Part shown: positions 1 through 8,239 of the stretch, one piece after another | How positions within the stretch are numbered: the stretch's first letter is position 1 | How the letters are laid out: the number at the start of each line of letters is the position of its first letter | From: Sandaracinaceae bacterium | GTDB lineage: Bacteria; Myxococcota_A; Polyangia; Polyangiales; JADJQN01 | DNA length: 32,873 bases | Assembly (NCBI GenBank): GCA_947483975.1 | Contig: CANKOL010000015.1 | Span: forward strand, 1 to 32,873 | Direction: 5' to 3' | Position numbers and translations under genes: made by a program | Notes under the pieces: generated by a model | Told to the model about the DNA's origin: nothing | What the model saw: the letters and a program-made list of their open reading frames with translations, nothing else | Database searches by the model: none

Positions 1-224
1 CGAGCAGACGGCGCCGTCGGGAGAGCGAGCCTCGTCCACGGGAGTTCGCCTTCCGTGCATGGTCGTGCGCGACGCGTGACCTCTGTGGGTCGCGGGCGAA
101 GTCGTGAGCGCCCCGGAGGAGGCGATGCCGGGCAGCGGCGTCCGAGCGACCTGAGATAGGCTGTCGCAAGCTGCCGACGCCGGTCGTGGCCGACCATCGG
201 CTTGTCGGCGGCAGTGTCAACCAC

Positions 225-303
225 GGTCGGGTTGCCGGCCGGGTTGCCGGTTGCCGTCGGGTTGGCGGTTGCCGGTTGCCGGGTTGCCGTCGGGTTGCCG
301 GCC
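225..303 (+). repeat. Low-complexity tandem array of GGTTGCC-type units
   Basis: Directly visible run gtcgggttgccggccgggttgccggttgccgtcgggttggcggttgccggttgccgggttgccgtcgggttgccggcc, just past the stop of the 306..1094 gene. It begins inside the motif copy GTCAACCACGGTCGGG at 216-231. Confidence 0.85.
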
Positions 304-305
304 TT

Positions 306-1094
306 TCACGGCGCAGGAGTTGGACCGAGGAGCCCCAGCGCCCGCAAGTGCGCGATCGCCAGCGCATACCTGGGGTTGAGGGCATAGCGCCGTGCGAACT
401 CGTCCGGTGCGTGGATAGCCCGAACCTGCTCCGCACCGAGCGGCGCGCTGCTCTCGTCGCCGTACACAACCTCGGACAGCATCCCCTCCGCGAGGATGAC
501 GTAGGCGCCTCCGCCGCTGCTGGGCCCCTCGAGCGTGAACCGTGTCTCGGTCTTCTTCGGGGGGGCCTCTGCGGTCGTGAGGGGAGCCGCGAGCGCGCGA
601 GTTGTCACGGGGGCCGCTGGCCACGCGAAATCGGCCGTATCCCCCCACTCCTGGTAGGGCCCGACGGCGCCCGTGCCTTCGAGGCTCTCATCGAACTGCG
701 CGCCCTCGAGCGTGGCCCCGCTGAGGTTGGCGGCGACGAAGGCCCGCGGAAGATCGAGCTCGTTGAAGCCGACGCTGTGCACGAGGCGCGCGCCGCGAAG
801 ATCAGCGCCTCGGAGGTCGGCGCCCTGGAGCTTCGCGAAGACCAGCCTCGCGTCGTTGAGATCCGCGTCGCGCAGCACCGCACCCCGGAGGTCCGCTGCG
901 GTCAGCAAGGCGCCTGCGAGACGCGCGCCCGTCCACACGGTGTCGCGCAGGATGGCCCACCGGAGGTCGACGCCACTCAGGTCTACGGAGTCGATCGTTC
1001 GCCCGGTCAGGTCGGCCCTCACACCTCGCCCGGCGCCGCTCGCGAGCCACTCCGCGTGGGCCTCGAGGACCCGCTCCAGCTCTGCTCGTTGCAT
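306..1094 (-). CDS. Pentapeptide-repeat protein with unknown C-terminal domain (262 aa)
   Basis: ATG at 1094 gives MQRAELERVLEAHAEWLASGAGRGVRADL, the typical 'L..H..WL..G.RADL' cap. It is followed by A(D/N)LxG repeats (ADLRG, ADLND, AKLQG, ANLSG). The ORF-track extension to 1451 overlaps an IS relic and was not used. Confidence 0.85.
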   Translation of the reverse strand: MQRAELERVLEAHAEWLASGAGRGVRADLTGRTIDSVDLSGVDLRWAILRDTVWTGARLAGALLTAADLRGAVLRDADLNDARLVFAKLQGADLRGADLRGARLVHSVGFNELDLPRAFVAANLSGATLEGAQFDESLEGTGAVGPYQEWGDTADFAWPAAPVTTRALAAPLTTAEAPPKKTETRFTLEGPSSGGGAYVILAEGMLSEVVYGDESSAPLGAEQVRAIHAPDEFARRYALNPRYALAIAHLRALGLLGPTPAP

Positions 1095-1201
1095 GTCGGA
1101 GTCTGCACTCTGGGGGGTGGGCCGCAAAGGTGAGCGACGCGGTGCTGTCGGAGTTGCTCGCGTTGGTGGTGGAGCGCCCGTACCGAATGGTGGCGCAGGT
1201 G

Positions 1202-1470
1202 GCGCAAGAGTCGGGGTGCAATCTCTCGAGGACGCCTCGGTGTGTGCTTGCTCGCTCGAACGTGCGCGGGTAGAGGCGTTTCGCCCGATGACTTGGGGCC
1301 AGAACGTCACGATGCTTGGACGCGTCCGCGCGATCGGCCTCGTCGCGCTGCGCTCTATGGCGGGCGCGACGAAGACGGTGGACTTCTTGCCGTTTATCGC
1401 GCGCGCCCCCGTGCCGACACTCGCGCGCGACGACGACGTCGTGCTCGACAACCTGCGTCAACATCGTGTT
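1202..1470 (+). pseudogene. Degraded IS630-family (DDE_3) transposase fragment
   Basis: The frame starting at 1202 reads AQESGCNLSRTPR (cf. DESGxNLSMTPRY). After a frameshift, 1261-1467 reads RARVEAFRPMTWGQNVTMLG...MAGATKTVDFLPFI...PTLARDDDVVLDNLRQHR (cf. WGxNxTxIG...GA....F..F....L.P.L..GDVVVMDNL..HK). Confidence 0.75.
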
Positions 1471-1533
1471 GTCGACCGCCGCACCCTTAGCAGTCCGACG
1501 GTCGGCGTCCGTCGAGTTGCCGCGTCGAGAGCG

Positions 1534-2646
1534 TCAGTGCGCGCGGCCGAGGACCGAACTCATCGTCGCCCGCCCGCCGGTCGCGCTCTCGAACGAGAGC
1601 AGGCCCGGCGTGCTCAGGTCGTTGCCGAACGTCGCCGCCCAGCGCTCGAGGGCGTCCATACGCGCGGTCGCGAGGGGTGTGTCTGAGAAGCACACGAACG
1701 CGCCCCGAAAGGCGCGCTCTGCTGCGGGCGCTGGCGGTCGCGCCCCGTGCACGGCGACGATGTCGTCCATCGAGACCTCGTGCGTGCCGGTGAGCTCGAA
1801 CGACATACGGAGCGTCGACGGATCCTGCGCCACGAAGTGCGCCCCATCGAGCACGAGGATCGGCGAGGGCACGTCCGCCTGCGGCACGAGGCCCATCAGG
1901 TACAGCTCGATGGGCGCGTATGGGATCGAGTCGCCGCCGTTGGCGTTGGGGCCGAACTCCGTCGTCGTCAGGCGGATCACGCCGTCGGGATCGGGCGAGC
2001 AGGGCGGCGGCGCGTCTGTGGGGGTCGAACAGCGGACGCTGCTCGCGTCGAAGCCGCCATGCTGCCCAAACACGCCGGCGACGCCCCAGTGCGCGCCGAA
2101 GTCGTTCTCGCGGTCGTGCCCGAAGCCGAAGCTCGGGTCGAGGAACATCGACCAGTGGTGCAGCGTCTCGTGCAGCGTCGGCCCGTTGCCGTAGTCGTTG
2201 AAGTCCACGCCGACCGCCGCGCGCAGGTGCGGGTGTGAGCCGTAACCGGGGTTGGTGTACGCGCCCGTCAGCCCAATCGACGGCACCGCCTCGTGGCGCA
2301 CCGCGGTGTAGCGCGCGGCCGCCGAGCTGTCTGGCGTCGGCACGTCGGTGAACACGTAGAGGAAGTCGTAGTCGTCGTCGAAGTGCGCGTAGAACGCCGC
2401 GCTACCCACATAGAGCTCGGGCTCGGTGCCGAGGACGTAGGCGCGGATCTCCGCCGCTGCCGCGGGATCGACGATGTTCACCGCGTGCGTCCGGAGCATC
2501 AGACCCGGTGGGGTCACGAAGGCCCCGTCGCCCGTGACGAGTCCCCCGTCCCTCGGCGAGCCGCCACCTCCGTCACACCCGAACCCAGCCCCAGCGAGCG
2601 CGAGCACCGCGCTCAACGCCATCATCCAATCACGCGCTCGGCTCAT
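1534..2646 (-). CDS. Putative zinc metalloprotease lipoprotein (HExxH), 370 aa
   Basis: ATG at 2646 with GGAGG RBS upstream. Signal peptide ends ...AGAGFGC. It has a DDYDFLYVF strand, an HETLHHW motif, a downstream GAHWG, and YAPIELYLMGL (Met-turn-like). Confidence 0.75.
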   Translation of the reverse strand: MSRARDWMMALSAVLALAGAGFGCDGGGGSPRDGGLVTGDGAFVTPPGLMLRTHAVNIVDPAAAAEIRAYVLGTEPELYVGSAAFYAHFDDDYDFLYVFTDVPTPDSSAAARYTAVRHEAVPSIGLTGAYTNPGYGSHPHLRAAVGVDFNDYGNGPTLHETLHHWSMFLDPSFGFGHDRENDFGAHWGVAGVFGQHGGFDASSVRCSTPTDAPPPCSPDPDGVIRLTTTEFGPNANGGDSIPYAPIELYLMGLVPQADVPSPILVLDGAHFVAQDPSTLRMSFELTGTHEVSMDDIVAVHGARPPAPAAERAFRGAFVCFSDTPLATARMDALERWAATFGNDLSTPGLLSFESATGGRATMSSVLGRAH

Positions 2647-2680
2647 GTGGCATTCCTCCGGGAGCGGTTGGATACCACAG

Positions 2681-2838
2681 CGACCCGACGACGACCCGAC
2701 CAATGTTGAGTCGGGGGGCGACCCGACCGACGTTGGGCGGCGACCCGACCGACGTTGGGCGGCGACCGATGTTGAGTCGGGGGGGCGACCCGACCGATGT
2801 TGGGCTGCGACCCGCGACCCGACCGACGTTGGGCGGCC
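2681..2838 (+). repeat. Irregular tandem array of six 16-bp CCCGACCRAYGTTGRG motifs (REP-like)
   Basis: Copies at 2695, 2722, 2744, 2761 (starts GGC), 2789 and 2818. The CCCGAC...GTTGGG copies can form a small hairpin with one G-T pair. Confidence 0.9.
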
Positions 2839-3405
2839 CTATCGCGTGCGAGCCGCGCACGAGCCGTGGTCGCACCACGCCTCGTAGCCCTGGCAGCCAC
2901 CGCAGTTGATGGTCGCACCGAACGAGGCTGGGTCGATGGGTGCGCATTGGATGGCGCTGAGCGCTGCGGCGAAGCGCTCGTGTTCTCTGACAGCGAGCGG
3001 GTCGCTGGTGCACCCGCACGCGCCGCAGCGTGATGCGCGGACGAGTTCGCAGTCGGCGTCTCTGCGACAGGTCTTGTCGTAGTCGCGGAGATCCACTGCC
3101 TGGGGCCCGAGCGGCGCCGTGGGAGGAGGAGGAGGAGGCGGCGGAGGCGGGGGCGCCTCCATCTCGATCCACACGTCGCCAGAGCACATCAGGAGATGGG
3201 TGAACCCCGCGCGGCCCGACGTCCCGCAAGTGGCCCCGTCGGGTGCGCATGGGGTCCCGACGGCAGCGAGCAGGTCGCTCGGGCACGAAGGCTCGCCCGC
3301 GCCGGGTGGACGCTGCGCTGGAGGGCCCTTCTCGCACGCACCCACGAGCAGGAGCGCCCCGATCACGGCATAGACGGCGACTCGAGCAGGAGCGTGATGG
3401 GTCAT
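2839..3405 (-). CDS. Cys-rich lipoprotein with poly-proline linker (188 aa)
   Basis: ATG at 3405, lipobox LLLVGAC. Two small Cys-rich modules are joined by a run of 11 Pro; the second begins YDKTCRRDADC. Confidence 0.75.
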   Translation of the reverse strand: MTHHAPARVAVYAVIGALLLVGACEKGPPAQRPPGAGEPSCPSDLLAAVGTPCAPDGATCGTSGRAGFTHLLMCSGDVWIEMEAPPPPPPPPPPPTAPLGPQAVDLRDYDKTCRRDADCELVRASRCGACGCTSDPLAVREHERFAAALSAIQCAPIDPASFGATINCGGCQGYEAWCDHGSCAARTR

Positions 3406-3485
3406 CTGTCGCACGACGCTACCACAGCACCGTCGCGACAGGCCCCGAGCTCGCGCGCCGCGAGAGCCGCTCAACCGTCGATGGA

Positions 3486-4733
3486 TCAGTGCGCCGCGAG
3501 CGCCGCGCGCAGCTCTTGGTAGCGGCGGGCCAGCTCGGCGCCGCGCGCCGCGAGCAGGTCTGCGCGCAACGCCTCCCGGCGCTCCGCCGCCTGGTGCTCG
3601 TTGCAGCCCTGTCGGTCGCCCTGGAGCCGCCGCGACGCGGACGCGCGCTGTCGAGCGCTGATGATCACGCCGCTCGTCGCGCTGTCGAAGCGCGTCACCG
3701 AGGCGCTGCGGCACGCGTTGGCCCGCTCCAGCATGGCGAGGACCGCTTGGACCCTCGTCGCGAGCGCCGGCGGCAAATCGCCCGAGGCGAGCGCCTCGAA
3801 GGGCGCCCACGTGGCGCGAGGCTCTGTCGGCAGCACGGCTCCGCCCGGAGGTGGCGCCGCGCGCAGCGTCTGCTGCGCTGCTTGCGTCAGCTCGTAGAGC
3901 GAGCCGTCGAACGCGAGGAAATCTCCATAGGAGCCGCTGATCCGCAGCAGCGGCTCGCCCGCGCGGGGCAGAGCGACGGCCGGCGACTCACCATCCTCCG
4001 ACGTGGTCGAGTAGGGGAAGAGGGCGTGCGCCTCGTTCGCGGTCAGGTCGTTCGCCGGATAGGTCCAGAGCGCTTGAGGCGCGTGCGCGAGGAGCGCGAA
4101 GCGAGCCGCGAGGCTGATGACCGCATCGAGCGGTCGACCCACCTCGTGCACGGCGAGGTTCGGGAACCACTGCTCGGCGATTCGAGCCTCGACGGGCAGA
4201 TCGGCGGGTGGCGCCGTGCTGACGGTGAGCAGCTCGGTCGGGGTGCCGGCGGGACGCACGACGAGCGTCACGTCGCGACCGCCGTCGCGCCTCCACTGCG
4301 AGATCTCGTCGTAGTCCGCGAGCACCCAGACGGCATATCGCCCCGGCGCCATCGTGAGGGTGGTGCCAGTCCGCACGCACGGCGAGGGCGCGCCGGCCGG
4401 GGGCTGGCCACCCGCAGAGGTCACGTAGAGCATCCCGATGTGCGGCACGACCTCGATGGTCCAGTTCGTGAGCGGCGCGCTGACGTCGATCACAGCGGTC
4501 GGCGCGCGGTTCGGCTCCCGCGCGTTGCAGAGGACGGTCTGGTCCGCGCTCGCCCGATCGAGGGCCACGCGGACCGCGACCGGCGCTGTCGACACCGCGA
4601 ACTGCGCGAAGGGACTGCGCTGCGGCTGCGTCGGCCGCATCGGCTGCGCCGAGACGGGCGCGGTCAGGAACACGCCCGCCACGCAGCTCGCCGCGAGAAC
4701 ACGACCCACACTCCTGACCATCCACGTACGCAT
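3486..4733 (-). CDS. Secreted hypothetical protein (415 aa)
   Basis: GGAGG RBS upstream of ATG 4733, signal peptide ending PVSA-Q, and high-GC3 codon usage. The N-terminal half is beta-rich (PGRYAVWV) and the C-terminus is helical. Confidence 0.75.
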   Translation of the reverse strand: MRTWMVRSVGRVLAASCVAGVFLTAPVSAQPMRPTQPQRSPFAQFAVSTAPVAVRVALDRASADQTVLCNAREPNRAPTAVIDVSAPLTNWTIEVVPHIGMLYVTSAGGQPPAGAPSPCVRTGTTLTMAPGRYAVWVLADYDEISQWRRDGGRDVTLVVRPAGTPTELLTVSTAPPADLPVEARIAEQWFPNLAVHEVGRPLDAVISLAARFALLAHAPQALWTYPANDLTANEAHALFPYSTTSEDGESPAVALPRAGEPLLRISGSYGDFLAFDGSLYELTQAAQQTLRAAPPPGGAVLPTEPRATWAPFEALASGDLPPALATRVQAVLAMLERANACRSASVTRFDSATSGVIISARQRASASRRLQGDRQGCNEHQAAERREALRADLLAARGAELARRYQELRAALAAH

Positions 4734-5008
4734 CTTGGCCTCCGGGCTTCCTGGGGTTCGACCGAGGGGAGTGTCCTCCTCTACGACGCCCAGTGGAAGT
4801 TCTTCCCTGCGCCCCTGCCGACGAGCACGCCGTGCGCGACGAGGTCATCCGCCAGGAGCGGACCGTCGGGCGCGTGTGAGCCGCAGCGCAGCTGGGCTTC
4901 GCGCTTCGCAGCATGGCGTGGGATTGCGCACCAGGTTGGGATAGGGTGCGAGTCGGGAGGCGGGAGGAGCCCGCGCCTCATGGCGCCGATGTGCGCGAGG
5001 GAGAGCAG

Positions 5009-8000
5009 ATGTTCTCACGCAGCAGGCGGGCGCTTGGCGCGCAGTTTCTCTCGGTGGTCTTCGGGGTTCTCTCACTTGCTGGCTGCGGCGGTGACGACAC
5101 CTCACCGGCTCCCGACGGCGGCGCGGACACAGGCGTCGCGGACGCGGCGTCGCGGTGCGCCTCGGACTCCGAGTGCGACGACGGACTGTTCTGTACGGGC
5201 CTCGAGGTATGTCAGCCGGGCGGCACCGGCGCGGACGCGCGCGGCTGTGTCACGTCGGCGCTGCCTCCGTGCATGGACGGGCGCCTCTGCAACGAGCCTC
5301 GGCGCGACTGCGAGACCGACTGCGGTGCGCTCACCGACGCCGATAGCGATGGCAGCGCCGCGGTCGAGTGCGGCGGCAACGACTGCGACGATGGGGACGG
5401 GACCCGTCGCCCCGGCGCCGCCGAAGAGTGTGACTTCGGAGGGCACGACGAGGACTGCAACCCGGCGACGTTCGGTGCGCAGGACCTCGACCACGACGGC
5501 TACGTCGACGCGCGCTGCTGCAACGGCACGAACTGCGGCGACGACTGCAACGACGGCAACGCGACCATCCATCCGACGCAGGCGGAGGTGTGCAATCACC
5601 GGGACGACGACTGCAACGGTGCGGTCGACGATGGCGCGCAACTCGCGGGCTTCGCGGACATGGACAACGACCTCCACGGGGACCCGGCGACTCCCCGCCT
5701 GGACTGCGCCGGCGCGGCGCACTTCTCGACGCTCGGCGACGACTGCGACGACGCGGACCCGACGCGTCACCCCGCGCAGCCCGAGTTCTGCGACGGTGAG
5801 GACAACGACTGCAACGGGGTCGTCGACGACGGCACGCACGCGGTCACTTGGTACCGCGACGGCGACGGCGACGGCGTCGGCAGCGGCGCGAGCGGCACGG
5901 TCGTCTCGTGCACGCCGCAGCCCGGCTACTCGCTGCTCGGCACGGACTGCGATGACGCGCGCCGCGGCGTGAGCCCGGGCGCGCTCGAGGTCTGCGACGG
6001 CCTCGATGACGACTGCAATGGGCTCGCGGATTTCTCGGTTTCTTTAGGGAATTTCGAGGATGACGACGGTGATGGGCATATCGACCTCGCGTGCCCGCGC
6101 GTCGGCGACGACTGCGACGACTTCGATCCGAGCTCCTATCCGGGCGCGCTCGAGCTCTGCGATTGGCGGGACAACGACTGCGACGGAGTCCCCGACAGCG
6201 GCAGCGCGATGGGGCAGTGGTACCTCGACTCCGACGGGGACAGCTACGGGGACTCAGCGCGCCCGGCGACCACCTCGTGCGACCCGCAGGTTGGTCGAGC
6301 GTCGCGCGGCGGGGACTGCGACGACTCGAGCGCGGCGGTCCACCCCGGCGTGGCGGATCTGTGCAACGGCTACGACGACGACTGCGACGGGGAGCTCGAT
6401 GAGAACTCGAATCGCGTCGCGTTCTATCGCGACGCGGACGACGACGGCGCGGGCACGGGCCTGCCGGTCTTCGCGTGCCTCGCGCCGCCCGGCGTCGTCG
6501 CGCTGCCGAACGACTGCGACGACGCGAACGCGAGCATTGGGCCGCTCTCGGCCGAGGTCTGCAACGGGATCGACGACGACTGCGACGAGGACATCGACGA
6601 GGGCGTGGTCGGCACGTTCTATCCCGACGCAGATGGCGACGGCTTCGGCGTGATGTCCACGGACACTCGCACGGGCTGCACCGCGCCCGCCGGCTACGCG
6701 CTCGGCACCTCGGACTGCGACGACGCGCGCGCGGCGGTCCATCCCGGCGCGGACGAGGTCTGCGACGCGCTCGACGACGACTGTAATGGCACCCTCGATG
6801 ACGCGCTCGCCGCCAACGCCTCGTGCGCGGCGCTGCACACCTCGGACGCGACGTGCACCGCGGGAGTCTGCGCGATTGGCACTTGCGCGAGCACGTATCG
6901 AGACTGCGATCGCGCCGCGGCGAACGGCTGCGAGGTGGACACGGCGACCTCCGCGGGGAACTGCAGCGCGTGCGGAAACGCCTGCAATCCAGGCGATTCT
7001 TGCGCGGCCTCGGCCTGCGACCACAGCCCCGTGGTGCAGCTCGCGGGCGCCGGAAACTCGATGTGCGCGCGCCGCGCGAGCGGGGGAGTCGCGTGCTGGG
7101 GCGCTGGCCTCAATGGCGTCCTCGGCAACGGCGGCTCCGCGGACCAACACACGCCGACGGCGGTGTTCGGCTTGACGGACGCGGCGGATATCTCGCTCGG
7201 CCTCACCGACGCGTGCGCCGCGCGCCGCACGGGCGAGGTGGTCTGCTGGGGCCTGAACGCGTACGGCGAGCTCGGGGACGGAACGACGCGGCAGCGGAGC
7301 CTCCCGGCGCCGGTGCGCGGCGTGTCGGACGCGGTGCAGGTCGCGGTCTCCGGGCACGTCGGCTGCGCGGTGCGCCGCACGGGCGGCGTCGTGTGCTGGG
7401 GCGACAACGCGCGTGGCGAGCTTGGGAATGGCACGCTCACGCCGAGCTTCGTGCCCACGCCGGTCGCCGGGCTGACGAACGCGGTGGACGTCGCGACGGT
7501 CGAGCAGTCGGTGTGCGCTGTGCTCGCGACGGGCGCCGTCGAGTGCTGGGGCTACGGGGCCAATTATCACCTCGGGGACGGCACGACGGCTGACCGACTC
7601 GCGCCTGGTCCGGTCGTCCCGGGCGTCACGGACGCCGTGCAGATCACGGGGACGGGGACCTCCGGCGGCGCGTATCCCTACGATGGATACCTCGTGCGCC
7701 TCGCCGGCGGTGGCGTGCTCGGCTGGGGCACCAACGGGGACGCCAACTTGGGCTCGACCACGCCGGGCGCCGCACCGACGCCCGTGGCGGCGGCGGGCGT
7801 CGCTGGCGCCGTCGACGTCTGTGTCGGCGTCTACCAGGGGTGCGCCGTGAGCCGCGCTGGCTCCGTCGTGTGCTGGGGCTCGAGCCCCACAGGTGGGCTG
7901 GGCCGCGGGTTCCTGGACTCCCACACCTTCGCGCCCGGCCCGCTCGTCCCGGCGCTCGACGACGGCGTCGCCGTCGCCAGCGGCGACCACTTCGCGTGCG

Positions 8001-8116
8001 CCGCGCGCTCCTCGACCGGTGGCGTCGCGTGCTGGGGCGAGAACGCGCTCGGGCAGCTAGGCGACGGGACGACGACGCCACGAAGCACCTTCACGCCGGT
8101 GCTGAATCTGCCGTGA
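5009..8116 (+). CDS. Large surface lipoprotein: tandem putative metal-binding (MopE-related) repeats plus C-terminal RCC1/BLIP-II-like propeller (1035 aa)
   Basis: ATG 5009 follows GAGGGAG; lipobox LSLAGC. Many DxDxDG...DCDD...PGAxExCDGxDxDCNG repeats, then about seven CA...GxVxCWGxNxxGxLGDGT repeats. Confidence 0.9.
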   Translation: MFSRSRRALGAQFLSVVFGVLSLAGCGGDDTSPAPDGGADTGVADAASRCASDSECDDGLFCTGLEVCQPGGTGADARGCVTSALPPCMDGRLCNEPRRDCETDCGALTDADSDGSAAVECGGNDCDDGDGTRRPGAAEECDFGGHDEDCNPATFGAQDLDHDGYVDARCCNGTNCGDDCNDGNATIHPTQAEVCNHRDDDCNGAVDDGAQLAGFADMDNDLHGDPATPRLDCAGAAHFSTLGDDCDDADPTRHPAQPEFCDGEDNDCNGVVDDGTHAVTWYRDGDGDGVGSGASGTVVSCTPQPGYSLLGTDCDDARRGVSPGALEVCDGLDDDCNGLADFSVSLGNFEDDDGDGHIDLACPRVGDDCDDFDPSSYPGALELCDWRDNDCDGVPDSGSAMGQWYLDSDGDSYGDSARPATTSCDPQVGRASRGGDCDDSSAAVHPGVADLCNGYDDDCDGELDENSNRVAFYRDADDDGAGTGLPVFACLAPPGVVALPNDCDDANASIGPLSAEVCNGIDDDCDEDIDEGVVGTFYPDADGDGFGVMSTDTRTGCTAPAGYALGTSDCDDARAAVHPGADEVCDALDDDCNGTLDDALAANASCAALHTSDATCTAGVCAIGTCASTYRDCDRAAANGCEVDTATSAGNCSACGNACNPGDSCAASACDHSPVVQLAGAGNSMCARRASGGVACWGAGLNGVLGNGGSADQHTPTAVFGLTDAADISLGLTDACAARRTGEVVCWGLNAYGELGDGTTRQRSLPAPVRGVSDAVQVAVSGHVGCAVRRTGGVVCWGDNARGELGNGTLTPSFVPTPVAGLTNAVDVATVEQSVCAVLATGAVECWGYGANYHLGDGTTADRLAPGPVVPGVTDAVQITGTGTSGGAYPYDGYLVRLAGGGVLGWGTNGDANLGSTTPGAAPTPVAAAGVAGAVDVCVGVYQGCAVSRAGSVVCWGSSPTGGLGRGFLDSHTFAPGPLVPALDDGVAVASGDHFACAARSSTGGVACWGENALGQLGDGTTTPRSTFTPVLNLP

Positions 8117-8239
8117 GGTCTGGAGCGCGCGCATTCTGCTTTTAGCCACGCCGTCGCGCGCCTCGTCGGGCGCGTCTGCGCTGATTGAAGCAGCGCGTCG
8201 CGCGCCTGTGCGCCGACGCAGGCGACGCGCCGAGCGCGC

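Noticed and set aside
1..60. Possible gene start running off the left edge on the minus strand (ATG at 60, MHGRRTPVDEARS...)
   Set aside because: Too short to evaluate and no clear RBS.
4760..4880. Coding-like patch (VLLYDAQWKFF / DEHAVRDEVIRQERTVGRV*) between divergent genes
   Set aside because: It may be another scar, but I cannot assign it to any family.
3243..5972. 909-aa plus-strand ORF and other long Arg/Ala-rich ORFs (6254..7990, 13017..14477, 17020..19908, most of 11332..13062)
   Set aside because: These are shadow frames of real genes in high-GC DNA, with no motifs and with antisense or off-frame composition.
8120..8238. Rho-independent terminator between convergent genes
   Set aside because: GC-rich hairpins are possible but none has an adjacent U-tract, and such pairing is expected by chance at this GC content.
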